A DNA stretch of 64,000 nt. Source: Patellaria atrata CBS 101060 (taxonomy: Eukaryota). Below are positions 25,794 to 39,840 of the stretch, in pieces. The position numbers and the translations under genes are program-made. The stretch lies in NCBI GenBank assembly GCA_010093705.1, contig MU006090.1, positions 1,887,817-1,951,816 of the forward strand, written 5' to 3'. The first letter of the stretch is position 1. Each line of letters opens with the position of its first letter. The notes beneath the pieces are model-generated. The model worked only from the letters and a program-made list of their open reading frames with translations. It made no database searches and was not told where the DNA came from.

Positions 25794-27722
25794 GTTGACC
25801 GGTGGTAGTATGAGGCCTCGGATGATGGTGAGGTGTTATTTTATGGTAGCGACGTCAGGTACCTTCGTCAGGAAATGGACTGAAGGCGTATGCTTTAGGT
25901 TTATAAGTCTAATGCAAACACCAATTGTTCTAAGATGAAGGTGCAAAGCGTGAAGAGTCAATCCTGAATGTTCAATAGAACGAAGGATCGTTTAGGAGGA
26001 AGCGAATGAAAGCAGAACGACCTGTCGTTCGCGGTAATAGGTTTGGCCGTGGAATGTAAAAGCGAAGGTGGAGCTCCTTGACGGTCAACCGAGTAACGGA
26101 TTCCCTAAATAGAGCAAAGCAAGAACAAGCTTGACTCTTTAAATGGAAGAGAAGAAGCCACAAAGAAGGGACGAAATTAAAACTTTGCAGGAGCAATGTC
26201 AAAGCCAGGACACGGAACGAAAGCAAGATTAAAAAAAGGGCGTAATCGGCTCGCAGGGAGGGCATAATATATGAAAGTCTTCGATACGGTTCGGTGGAGA
26301 AACGGTCAGGGACTCAGGGAGATGGCGCACCAAGCGTTTCTGAGTGTTTGTCAATCAATCGCTGGATTCACTGGATTGCTTGTAACAGATTTCCTAGATG
26401 GGGCAAGGACTTGTATCACAATTTAATCGCGTCCTTGGGAGATCAAGCGAGCTTCAGGTTTCATCTGCATATGAACTCACAGGCGCAGCAACGAACTTCG
26501 ATAGCTTGCGAAGTATTCCGTTGCTTATAGTCGTTTGAACAACCGTCGACCGTGGGATACGAAATATTGTGTTGTACTTGCCTCCCAACAAGTGAATCGT
26601 CCACGGCTAATGCATATTCTAAAGAGTTCACGGATGAGCACCTACCATTCAGAGTGAACACAACAGATATGAGACGCGTACACCTCAGCAACCAGGTAGG
26701 ACGAGCGTAGATCAGTACCGCGGTGCAGAGTGAAAATTTGATGCTTTAGTGCCTTGATAGTAACCATGTAGTTGTAAACACGAGATGGATACGGTCACCA
26801 GCAAGGTCCAGAGGAAAAGATGAAAGGAGAGGCATTATCGATTGTTCGTTGTTGCACTTTGGCTTGCTGTATCGGGACTAGTGCCAGGGGTAGGACATGC
26901 TTCGAGACATCATTCTGCGACAGACGCGACACGCTCTTAGGAAGGCCGCCGATTTATCCCATGTAAAAGAGACTTTTCATGAGACACTGACACTTCACTA
27001 TCACATCGTGGGCTGAGCTCTCCATGGCCCACGTCTCACCATTGAGAATTCACCGAAACACGCGCATGCACCAACGAGCTGCGACGAACGGTGGGGAAAC
27101 GGGAGAGAAAACAAAGCAGAGGAATCATGATTTGACTCATCGTGCTCATCACTTATTATAATTTGAAGTCGGGGTTTCTTATTAGCTAATTACTAGTCTA
27201 CGGGATCTCTTGAGATGAAAACTGTAGGGCTATATCGGGGACACAAAGAGACTGTAAGGTTGACGCGTCTAGAAAATGTACGGGTACTACGATTATCTGA
27301 ATGCCGTGAGTGTGACCGTTCTATAGAGTATCCGAGGAAGTGTTTACTAATAAGGAGCCAAAATCAACGCCATCGCTATGCGAAGCTGCATATCCCTTGC
27401 AGTGCCGACTTTCCACCATGAGAGATAGAGTACAGAGTGAGAATAAAACGTTAAATGCTCGGCCGTAGCATACTCCTTCCGATACCGAACACCATCATCC
27501 ATCATCCCAAACGTTGTTGAGACCTGGCAATCCCATATACTCCAAAGCACGGCCTCTGAACCTGAAGCCCGCTAAAACCACCACCGAAAGTCTCTTATCA
27601 TACCGAATCCGACGTGGATCTTATTCACCCTCCAACCCATGCATGGTCGCTGTCGATCATACCGTGTTCTCATAATCGTACATATGAAATTAGACGAAAC
27701 GTGACCATCACACTATCTTCGT

Positions 27723-30700
27723 TCAAGGCCTGCCAGACGGGGGTCGTCTCTGCGTGAAACTCCTTCTTATACTTTCTCCCCATGCGGAATTGTCTAGCAC
27801 TTCTAGAACATCCTGCGCGCTGACGCTGCTATTCTGTCTGCTGCGAGTGCCTGGCTCCAGTGACGGTCCACTTGCCTCTAGAGGGCTTGGAGGTCGACTT
27901 CCTAAAGCTTCTGCAAGCTGCCATTCGCTCTGGTCATCTGAAGCTGTGTAACGATGTGAAGTACTCGATGGCGTATGCCTATGCGTTAGCTGACCTGGGA
28001 ACGTAGACTGCGTCGGAGATGCATTCGGCGTGATCTGTACTGAGTTAGACCTACTGCGCATATGTGTTGATGGTGGCGAAACTGATCGTGACCGGCCGCT
28101 CAGATCAACTGGTGAAAACATGAGCGATGGTGAAAAGGGATCGTCAACCTGAGCGCCACCGCTCGTGATATCTTCATCATCAACAAAGATCTCTGGAACA
28201 GTGAAGGTCGGGATCGCAGTCATACGCCCAGCATTCTTCCCCTCTTGGATACGGCGGAACCTGCGGTTCCAGTAGAGAGTGTCGAAGAACCCAATCACTA
28301 CATTACGATGCACAGCTTCCTGCACACGTTGAAGCCTTGCACGACGACGTAAGAACTCCTCAAGCCTACACGGGTTCAGTTAGAATTCGATAGAAATCGT
28401 ACAGATGTAGAATGGCAAGATTCCACGTACCGGAGACTCTTATTGTCATTAATTACTTTGTAATGTGCAAGGATCATGAGGAGGGCGTTGAAGCTAATGC
28501 CTTTATCTGGATCTGCAGAGACTAATACCTCCTCATAAAATTGGTTCATGCGTGCCCTTCTACGACGTATCTCCTTGATGGGTAGTTCCCTTAACCTTCG
28601 ATTCAGCTTTTTGAGATCAAGCTCAGTGACCTCCGTATGATTGTCGAGTGGAAGTTCCGATGTTCTTTTCGATGCGCTGCAGTCTTCAATGATCCTACGA
28701 ACAGTGAAATCACCGTCGTAGATTCGCATTTCAAAGATGCCGGATAATTCCTAATCAAATTATCAATAACTGGATGATTTTAGAGTGCACGTTGGACTTA
28801 CTCCTAAAAGTCTGGGAAACTTGTCTTTCAGAATGAAACCAGTTCCATCTGGATCAAATTCCGCCCATGCTTGTTTAAAGCGGCGAATTTCTTCCCGGCT
28901 AATGACCGACAATCCACTGCTTCGCTGATAGACGTAACTAAAACTCTCATAGATGAGTGAGACGAACAAATTCACGAAGATATACATGCTCAGAATATTC
29001 CACGATATGAAGATGGCGCGGGCCCATTCTGGGCTACCACAGTCGCCACGAATGATCTTTCCATCTGCTACACAAAGCGGAGGTGTGACGGTAGCAAAGT
29101 CTTCCATAATTTGGTTCCAACCTTCACCGATACTAGTCCTGAATAGAAGGATAAGTGCCTTTGGTACAGTGCGGAAGTTTATATTTCCGTTTTCGTTTGC
29201 ATTGAACCTCGTGAGTCCAAAGGTCTGTGTCAGGGCAATTGCGTATACAAGGAAAAGTACAAACCATGTGGCCATAAGGTTTCCAATAGCAGAGAGACTA
29301 GCAGCAGCTGTTTTAAAGAGTTGATCTAACTGGTTATTACGGGGAATTAGGAGAAGGGCGATCGAGACAAGACAGAGCTTGTGTATCTGAACGTAGAGCC
29401 TTTGCCGAAAGTTGGATAATAGTAGCACCGTTGTAATGAGGGTTCCCGAAATTGCAAAGATTGAGTAGACATCCCAGGAACTTTTGCGAAACCTGGTCCA
29501 GGTAAGGCCAATGATGCGAACAACGATGTTGGCTACATAAATCATCGTCAGGAGGAGAAAAACGTAGTCTGGTTTCATTAGAATGCATGCGATTAGCTCT
29601 GAGCTGAAGCTGGACATACCTCGACTTCTTTCCCAGTAGAAGTTCCCGGGATAATATTCCACACAAAGTAAGACTAGATGGAGGATCAAGACACCTGTAA
29701 TGAATCTTTGCCATCGACCAGTTTTTCTTACCGCGCGCTTATAGCACCATTCTTCCCATGTTTCTCGCTTTTTGGATGAGGATGGCCTTTTAGATGGAGA
29801 AATCTGGCGTAGCAACTTCCTTAACTCTAGCCACGATCTTTGATCAGTAGTTAAATAAGCTACTCCTGTTTGTTCTGTGTAATTTCGCATGAAAACGGAG
29901 ACGAATAGTGTCAGCACGAAGACCGCACCAAGCAAGTTGAAGGCGATGAAGAAGACGGCATTGCCTTGAGAGGCGAACGGTCTTGGTTGCTTGAAAACGC
30001 CGGTGATACTCTCCGCAGCCCACATCACATCGGTCCAACCTTCCTGTGAGACAATCTGGAAGAGGATGAATAGCGAACCTCCGAAATTATCGAAATCGAA
30101 ATAGGGGTTGGAGACGGTCCGGGGAGCCAACACTTCCCATCCAAATGGAGTACTGACATACTCCCCAACGCAGTCGTTGAGATCAAAAATACCTGATCCA
30201 TCATCGTTGCAGAATTTCATTCTCCCATTGAAGAGATTTAAACCGTATATCGCAAATGGAACTAACAAGCTTAGAGAGACAAAAGCAGCCTAATCGCATT
30301 AATGACGAAATTCTTTAAAGTAAATGGACAAGTGACTTACCGAAATTACCTTCCACATCCCCTTGACAATGACTGAGTGGAAAGTTTCCCGAGCACTATC
30401 GCTGACATTGAGCAGTCGAAGAGCCCTAAGAGCTTTAAAGGCCCCAACAGCTCTCGAAATTGCTCCTTCGTTGACCAAAGATGTCCCCACATTGATCCAC
30501 AAGGTCACTAAGACTATACCATCTATGAATCCCCAGGATCCGCGGAAGTAAGCATTAGGGGTCCAGAAAAAGCCATCAGCAATGACCTTGATGGTGGCTT
30601 CAATCGTGAATAAGATGGCAAATCCCATATCCGTGAAGACGAACCAGTTTTTCACGCTGAATTTATGGTTTTCGAAGTACTCCTTCTGATATAAAGGCGT

Positions 30701-33700
30701 GGTAACGCAAGCAAGGAGGACCATCGCAACGATGGCGGCATAAATAAAAGCCGAGAATGCGTACCATACCGGGGTTGATGGTGCCACGCCTTCAATTCTC
30801 TCGCCGCCACGTCCAGCACCTACGATCCGTTGGCAGAGTTTACGTATGCGGTTGTCTGGAGCGAAGATGAACAGAGACACATTGTACGACTTATGCTTCC
30901 GTAGGTATTCCCTTTGCGCTATCTTACGCCTTTCCGTGGCCGCGACGACTTCCTTTGCCATTAATCGGGGGTCAAGGTCCTGGTATGCTTTGGAAAACTC
31001 TAGACGAGAGTAGAATGGGTTAGGCTCCTTGTTGCGTACTAGACTAAGGGCTCGCTCCCATAGTGAAGAAATCCATCCGGCAGAGACTACCATTGTTGGT
31101 TGATGCCTAAGACCTAGGTGAGGTTCATCATGTGAAGGTGTTTCGAGCGGTTGTTCGTTCTGATCGTCCAGGAAATCTCTGACAACAGCATCTTTAAGTA
31201 GCATTTCTGTAGCCGCAGAGCCATAATCCAAGGGATCTCTGCGTCGAGCGCTCGCTTGACCCAATTTGAAGATGGATGATAATGAAAGATTACCGTGGGA
31301 TGATCCGCCGAGCTCCTTCTGTTGCAAGAATGCTTTAACTTGTTGCAATCGCTTCTCATCCTCTGATACGTCGAAGTTCTCCTGAATGACAGCAATGAAC
31401 ATATTCAAGACAATGAAGTTGGCCAAAATGTACCAGAGAATGAAAAATGCTGCGCCCATCCACCCTGTATTATGCCTCACGTCAAATGTAGTCACGTTGT
31501 ATAAAATTTCTGTCCAGTTCTCGCTCGAGAGCACCTGGTACATCCCAAGAAAGGAGTTGTAGATAGTCGCAAACGTGACTTGAATGGTCTCTCCATCAGC
31601 ATTTACGGGAGGGATTTCACCACGAAACATTTGCGCAGCGAAGATGGCGGCAAGGAATGTTAGAAGGAATACAAAAAGGATAAGGTTCAGAAGACCAGTG
31701 ACATTCCCTAGGACGATCATGATGAGGTCCCGAGTTAAAGACACAGCAAGAACAACCCGGTATATCCGCATGATTTGGAAGATCGTCAGCCATTGGTAAG
31801 CTTGACCTGAGTTGTGTATCTTGGGTATCTGCATGATTGCCGTAATTACTGCTATAGCGAGATCCACCATATTCTGTTTCGAACGGAAGAAGTCCCGGCG
31901 GTACGCGACCATGCGGGATCCTATGTCGAGGACAAGAATAAGTGTGACGACAGTTTCAGAACCATTGATGAAGCGTTCTCTACTATCGCTCATGCTAGCG
32001 CTACGTAAGGCCTGACAGACCAAACCATAGGCAATGACCACGATCCAAACCCAAAAAGTCTTATCGTAGAATTCTTTCAGAGTGTCCTTCTTGCGCTGGG
32101 ACTCCATCTCTAAGTCGTTTTCCTCGTCCAATTGAGGCACATCCTCTTCTGCAGTGAAGGCACTCGCTTTGCTCTCCTCTCGAATAACTTGAAATGAAGA
32201 AGTAATGACTGCGATAAGCAAGTTGATCAACCAGAGTGTCATGATCACGATACCAGCTGCGAAGAAGAGTGATGCAGCGAGATACTCGCTATCAGTGAGG
32301 TAATACATCAAGTCCGAAAACGTATTCGATGACATTAGAACAAATACGAGCTCCAAGGACTGAAAGATATTGTCGAAGCTTACTGTACCATTATATGGAT
32401 TATCACCCTCGACGCAGAGAGAATTCTGTGGGCATAAGAACCCTTTATGCTTAGACGTCCCATTTTGGCCGTCAGCTTTGAGCCAGGGCATTTTATTTCC
32501 TTCTTTGTCGAGATAACCACCACAAAACTGGAATTCTCCAATAGCATTATTGGTAAAGTTCTTTATCCCCTCTGGATCCACCCAGACGCAGGTTCTTCGG
32601 AAACTTGACTTGAAGCTTTGTACACCGATAATGGCGAAGAGAAGCCAAAAAAAGCTGATCAGGAATGCAACATTTACAAGAAGCGGAGCAGCTTTCTTCA
32701 GACTTCGGAGGATAACTGTGGTGCCACTTGTAAGGCTGAGCAGTCTCAAGATGCGTAAACAGCTGAGCATGCGAAAGACATATGCGTGTCTGCTATGTTC
32801 AACACCGAATACACTGATGCAGAAGCTAATCCAAAACGATACTACAGCAAGGAAATCCAATCTATTGAACGAGTGGCGAAGAAACGCACGGTGGGCCAGT
32901 CTAGCGCGCTGTTGCTGTCTTGAGTCTCCAGAAATATCCGGATATATTTGGTTAGTCGTGAAGGTCCGAATGATAGAAGGACCGAACGTGGTATCAGTAC
33001 GTTTTACGGATGGCTGACGTTCGGGCGCTAGGATGGATTGAGCCTTTTGTATTACCGCCTGTCTGATGCTCAGTTGTCGATTGATTGTACTGTACTCCAC
33101 GGGATTAATGATAAAGCCAGAGACAATGACTCTAATGATAATTTCGATCGTGTAGATAATGAACAGAACCAGGAGGCCCCAGTTAATCCAAGAATCCCAA
33201 AATCGCTTTGGGCGCGGATGATCGACAACATCACTTGCCGCATCTACAGTGAGCAGTACGGTCTGGATAATGATAAGGACAAGGAGGACGGGTTCAGTAG
33301 CAGGGTGAACTAATAGGTCACAAAGTTTTTGTCTCAACCTGTTGTCCGCGGAAAATATACCAAGAGATTTCCCCCGTAACGGGTTCTGATATTTCCATCC
33401 AGTACCCGCAGGGAACTCAGGTGGCGCGGTGAGCTTCTCAACAGGAGATTCGGAACCATAAGTTCCATCGTGACCGAATTCTGGTTCCTCGGGTACTGAT
33501 TGTCGCTCCTGACGTCGATATGGTTTGACGGAAGATTTACGTCTTATACTCCTCTCAGCTAGCTCCGGTTCGTTACTCAAATTGACAACACGCTGAGACA
33601 TATTACGAACGATAGTCCCGGCTCTGTGTAGTGGGGATGAAGCGGATCCTCTGCGGTTGTGCTGTGGTTCCGTTGCTCCTATTTCAGCCACATGTAGAGA

Positions 33701-34402
33701 ATCTCCAAACCTTGCACTAGGTGAAGGTCCCTCAGGAGTAAGAAAACGTACACTCTGGAAGCTGGTTCTATGATGACGTTGTCCTACAGGTGTAGAATGC
33801 TCAGCGCCGCTGATAGGTTGTAGGTTTCTTGAGTTCGTTAAGGGTGCAGTATCGGAATAAGAGGGAGAGAAGTAACCCTGCTGGTCCTCCACGTCATTGG
33901 TCGCGGGTGTATTCACAATAGTTCCAGGAGTAGTCAAAGACTGCGAACTATCTCTACTCCCATCCCCGTACGGTGCAATCCACGGGGATGATTCGCGCTG
34001 GGTCTCCCCTTGAAAACTTAACCCAGCAAACCCTATGGCGGCTTGGAATCCGCCCACATCGTCGATTGGAGAGATATCGGCCGCCTCATGATGAGAATGT
34101 TGGAAACTAGTCTGTAGTGGCGGTGATGCTATGCTTCGTGAGGATTCACCGTTCCTTCTCATCGTCGGACTAGGTGAACGCTCAATGATAGGAGCATATC
34201 TTGAGCCCCAACTTGTTCTCGCCGTGAGAGATTCTCTATTTCTTAACAAATCCCTACCCCGATCACTTAACGTCCTACGGTGTTCCGCCCTGCCTTGACC
34301 TTCATATTCATGATTATCTGGTGGCCTGTGGAGATCTCTGAGAGGTATTGATTGGAGTGGGGAGGAGCGGTTGCGCCTATGGTTAGGATCGGTTGGGTCC
34401 AT
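27723..34402 (-). CDS. CCH1: Four-domain voltage-gated-type calcium channel Cch1, 5 exons
   Basis: Four 6-TM repeats with S4 Arg motifs (FRMLSCLRILRLL; FKALRALRLL), pore loops SSNTFSDL / SSENWTE / SQEGWTD / IGEGWNQ giving the fungal N-E-E-E filter, and an EF-hand-like C-terminus (FKQAWAEFDPDGTGFI). Confidence 0.96.
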
Positions 34403-35901
34403 TGATGACTAGGTTTCTGAAGACGCTCCGAATTTTGCTGGAATACTTCATCGGGTCGAAGAAGGGATTATATTAGCGCAAGTTATTTCGTAGATCTGCG
34501 TTGCGATTTTAGACGATAAGACGAGGAGTGAATGCGAAATGGGAGGCCCAGCCTTTTCCGCAGTGGTAGAATGAGGGATTTTATTATAGTGAAGGTGTAT
34601 GTTCAATTAGGGAAGAGTTCATGTACTCATAAGTCGCGATCTAGACGTTTCCAGGTCGCAGAGGTGGTGGTGTTGAAGGTAAGGTGAGGTTGCAAGGTTG
34701 CGCGTCAGCCTTCAGGTACAGATAGAAATTATGGGGTGTTATGGATGCTTCGCTGCATTTAGCTGCTTACACACGTCTGTACGAAGATCAACAGGGTCGA
34801 TGCTTGGCTAGTAAATCTATAGCAAGAACTAACATGTTTTTGAATTAACGAGTTCCTTTAAGAACTGTATTTTATCATCTGCCTCAGTTTCAATTGACAT
34901 CAGTACTCCGTACGGAGAAGTTTACAAGTCAAGATAGTCGCACTCCCTGACTAAATATCACGAACCCCTCTCGAACATGTGAAAAGCTGAAGAGCTCGCC
35001 CTATGCTGAGAAGTGCTATTCTTAGTAACCAACGTTCCTAAATTACCTGACAGATAGCATGATGGTTCGCACAGAACACAACCCTAAAATGAAATGTGTA
35101 TTATTTGTTGATACCGCTTTGTATTCCGTAGGTCAACAGAAAACCGTCAAAACTGATGAGTATCTTCGTGAATAGGAGCCATCACGCGCCCCAACTGACA
35201 GCCTGCATAATCCTGCCTTCGGAGTGGGCGAGTTTGCTAGAGCTGAAAGTGTATCATCCATTGAGCAGTCCTCAGCACTACGATAATATTGACCAAAAAT
35301 AGGGATTTCTAGGCATAATACTACCATAGACCTAACAGAATGTCCGTCAAGATGCAGTAGGTAAGGCAAGCCGTGGATGAGAGACGACATACAATATCAC
35401 AGCCGGTCTTTCGGCAATAAGGTATGCTGATACGTAGGGTACTCACGATACTCCATACTGTTCAAGTGGAGACGAGAGACTATCCGATACCTTAAATTGA
35501 ACCTGATGCAATCTGGTGGACGGCTATCTTGTTTACCTAAGGTGCTCTTCTAGGATATTGTATAACTGTATATCTCCGAATAATGTGACAGAATGTGAGG
35601 TGGTTAGAATTGAAGTTGTGGGCGTTGGGCAGGGATAATTTACGGCTGTCCCGCTTTCGGTACCTAGACTTTGCCAAGCCGCAACGCGAACTTCATCATT
35701 CCAGAAAGTTTGGAGGTCGCTCCGAGCCTCACCCAGCACCAGAATTAGACAAGCCACGCCCTCCATTCGGCCCTATATCCGATTCACGCCTTCTCCAGTC
35801 AAACACTATATTAACGCGTATAGCTTATACCCTTTGCTGCCCTAAAAGATCTATCTCTCCGCCGCAAAGAACGCGTCGCCGCCAGGCACGCCATCCCAAT
35901 C

Positions 35902-38667
35902 ATGCCCTCAAGAAAGCGCGGGAGACAGGAGATGGAAGCGAATGAGCCAGAATCACAACCAAACTCAGATCCTACTCTCTTAGATAAACTGAGGAACATG
36001 TGGGAGTTTGCCAGCCTGAACCAATACCTCCATATGTTCGGAAGTGTTGTCAAAGTGTCCGATGATCTAGACATAGAAGTATATACAATCCCGAAAAGCA
36101 CTATAAGAATTACAGTTTCTGATGCTAAGATTTGTTTAGGAGATGGAAAGCGAATGCCTAAAGCCCACCCATTCCGAACGGCTTTCGCAAGTAGGCTTAG
36201 CACTCCTGAAATATGTCTCTTCGCACAAAGGCTTGACGCAAGTGACACTGTTCACATCCTTTAGACCTAGTCATGAATCTAACTCATCCTTAGTCCCGAA
36301 ATATTTGACGAATACACTCGTCGACAATACGTCGCAAAGGCGCCTGAGCGAAACCCTTTCGGCACTGATGAATCTCCTAAAAAGTTCGCGGATTTCGATA
36401 CGTTAACGAAGATACGGATTCTCCATCAACTCTCGACATGGACACTCAATAATGCTGACCGCATTCGCTCGCAAATGTTAGAAGATGACGAAACACAATG
36501 GGTATGTATTAAGTATTACCCTCCTGATATTATTTATTAACACATGGATTACTTAGCGTATGGAGCCGCTAGGTTGGGATTCTGATAACAATGAGTACTT
36601 TGTACTAGATGATAACCGCCTGTATCGCCGTACTCCTGCTCCGCTTCCACCCACCCCGAAGGGAAAACCCAAGTCAAAATCAAAACCAAAGAAGAAAGGA
36701 TCGCGGGCGAGCAAGCGGAGAAAGGTCTCAAATGCCGTCATGGAGAGTGATGATGGTGAAGAAGCGGAAGACAAAGAAGATAGTACGGTCATCGAACAGC
36801 CAGAAGATGATGGTTTTGGGGGTATGAAGTGGGAGTGGATCGCCATTACGCTGGACGAGTACAACGCATTCGTCGATTCGATAAAGCGTAGTCGAGACCC
36901 AAATGAGAAGGTTCTGCATAAACGTCTGGTAGAGAGTGTGTTACCCATAATAGAGAAGCGAGCAGACGAACAGCGATTAAAGGCTTTAAGGAAGCAGAAG
37001 GAGTTAGAGAACTTACAGAAACTTGCTACTGCAAAGCGGTCGAGCAGAATACAGCACAAAATGGAAGAACAAAAGAAAGAGCAAGAGCGTATCGATGCAG
37101 AACGCAAGCGTCGGGCGGATCTTGAGATGGCGCGCAAAGAACAAAACAAGCAACGCAAAATGGAAGAGGTGAGCTTTATACCCCCTGAAGATATTGTGCT
37201 ATAACTAATCGATGTTTAGGCACGCGAATCGCGGATGATGACTCGTGAACAACGGGTTAAGGAACGTGAAGCGAAACGTATCCTCCATGAGGAAGAACTC
37301 AGAAAGCTGGAGGAAGATAGCAAGAAAGTTGACTCTAATGAAGCTCGCCTTTCGGAACGCCATATCAAGGCGGAAATGGAGAAACGCCAGAAGGAGCTTG
37401 AAAGGCTTGCTGATGAGGAAGAGGAATGGATATTTGACTGCTCGGGTTGTGGAATGCATGGTGAAAATCTCGTAAGTACATAGTAACCTCATTTGTTATG
37501 TGCCGGATCTAATCTTCTCAGGACGATGGATCCCACAGCATAGCATGTGAAAAGTGCAATGTCTGGCAACATAGCGTTTGTCATGGCATCAAGCAAGAAG
37601 AAGCCGAGCGCGAAGACTTCCACTTCGTCTGTAATGACTGTCGGCGACGCGCTGAAGATACCAATAAACCGAAGATTGCACCATTAAAACTCCGCATAGG
37701 CTCATCTGCATCGCCGAAGATTGAGAAGGGCACGATTGACATTACCATGGACGATGCTCACTTAACACCTAAACCTGGATCTTCTACTCTAGATCGTGTA
37801 GAGATCCCCCCCCCACAAGACTCCAATATCGGACTAGCAGGAAATTCCACACTTCTAACCAACGGTCCGAGTCTATCACCACAAGGCCAGCCAAAAGGGC
37901 CTCCTGGTATCCACAGGACCGGTGGAGCGTACAATGTTTCGGAAGTCCCCACCTTTAACCAGCCACACCCCATATCACCAAGACCTACCTCGTCAGATGC
38001 TATCCCTTCATCTTCGCCAGCGCCGGTCAAGCAATCAGCACTATATACGAATGGTTTATCCTCTTCTCGGCCGTCATTTACTAACGGCACTCTACCATCT
38101 ACCACTAACGGTGTCCGACCAATGGCTTCTAATCCTTTCTCTTTTAACGGGCCAGCATCAGATTCGTTTTCCTCCGCGCGCCCGCCCTCCGCTCATTCCG
38201 CTCGCAGTGGCTCTCCTGCCAAACTACCACCTCCACAGTCACCTTTACACAGAAACGGCATTTATGCCACCCCGAGTCAGAATCCCTATCCTCCAGCCGG
38301 TAGTCCATATGCGTCTTTCCCACTCTCCACCAGTCGTCTCTCATCACACTCCCCTGTAAAGCATAGCTCCCCTAATGCTCATCGGACCTCTCCCATCCTG
38401 CACCACGCCAGCTCACCCCGAGTATTACACAACTCTCATCAGCAGCCCCAGGGAGCCTCGGAGCTACTTCCGAGCGCAGCGTCCGGGATCTCGCCCGAGA
38501 AGCATAGCTCGCCACGGCCGCAGTCTCTGGATGCAGTATCATCCACACCTGTTCTACCGCCCGTGCAGAATCTCAGTCCAACGGCCAGCTTTACCAGTCT
38601 AGAACCGCCAGTCAAGAAGACACCGGTGTTGTCACCGGAGCAAGGGAGGAAGTTGAATGGAGTATAA
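35902..38667 (+). CDS. PHD-finger chromatin protein with a DDT/WHIM-like N-terminus (RSF1/Ioc3-like), 6 exons
   Basis: LRNMWEFASLNQYLHMFG, EPLGWDSDNNEYFVLDDNRLYR (WSD/WHIM-like), coiled coil, PHD finger CSGC...CEKCNVWQHSVC...FVCNDC split by an intron, and a long Pro/Ser-rich tail. Confidence 0.85.
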
Positions 38668-39539
38668 GCGGATTTATTCTAGAAGGTTTGTTACTGTTGG
38701 ATATTTTTCAGATTGGAGTTTTGGATACCTGGGTGGTTTGTAGGTATATGGCGTTGTGGGCGATGTGTGTTCTGCGGTCAGGGTTGGGTTAACTACATTT
38801 ACGTTGGGTGACTGCGTATGGTGGGGTGTACGGTGCGGTCGACTTAAGGTTCTGGATATTGCATGGTGTTGGGAAGTGACAGTATATTACAACTGAATAT
38901 GTGATGAGATACCAAGAGTGATGCACAGCATAGAGGTATTGAATTGGAAGTGGAATTGTGAACCTTACATTATATCAGAAAGCGACTGCACTGTACAACG
39001 TAGTCAATTTATTCAATGCGACGTAGGGAGCAATGTGCACGGTACTCTACATGTATACGGTGCGGTCTTGAGTTGTACTGTACAAAGTACCTATCCAGTC
39101 CAGTTCTCACATCCAATAAATCACGAATAGCGGTAAAATTCGGTACAAAAGGTTATCTGCATCCGAAAGAAACTATCCCGTACTCCGTTGCGAACGCCCT
39201 TACGCTATTTGACAACCACGCTCTCTATCTCACTTCATTCTCCCATCCAGAAATAGTGAGGATTACCTCGACCTACCCCGATATATAGGCATATATCAAC
39301 GTCTGTGTATAGTGCAGAGATATACCTTTTCTATACCTGCCCGCGCTATTAGGGTATGGCTACCGGTACGGCGTATTAGGGAACGGTACGGTACAAGGTG
39401 GAGACGTTTATGGGCCATTTGGGCTGCGTATGCTGTACATTTTATAGGTTAGCGAGAGAGGGGTACGGTACAGTTGAGGGAAGCGACCAGGTAGGTTAGA
39501 GATAGGAAATAAGGTGGTTTATGGGGAAGACGAAGGTGG

Positions 39540-39840
39540 ACCAGAGAAGAAAGATGTACGGTATAAGGTATGTGTACGGGAGGGAATAGTTGTACGGTAC
39601 CGGGTATGTGTACGGGAGGAGATAGTTGTACGGTAGCAGATAGAAGTACAGTAAGAGAAAGGTATACGGTACGAGCTATGTGTACGGTACGAGCTATATG
39701 TACGGTACGAGCTATATGTACGGTCGGGTACGAGAAAGGTGTACGGTACGAGATATGGGAGAAAGCTGTACGGTACGAGAAAGGTGTACGGTGCGGAGGT
39801 TGTACTGTACGATAGGAGGAAGAACAATAAAGGTACGAGA
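39540..39840. repeat. Degenerate GTACGGTAC-based minisatellite (18-bp period, 36-bp higher-order unit)
   Basis: TACGGTACGAGCTAT(A/G)TG x3, TACGGTACGAGAAAGGTG variants, and a duplicated 36-mer GTATGTGTACGGGAGG..ATAGTTGTACGGTA. Confidence 0.8.
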
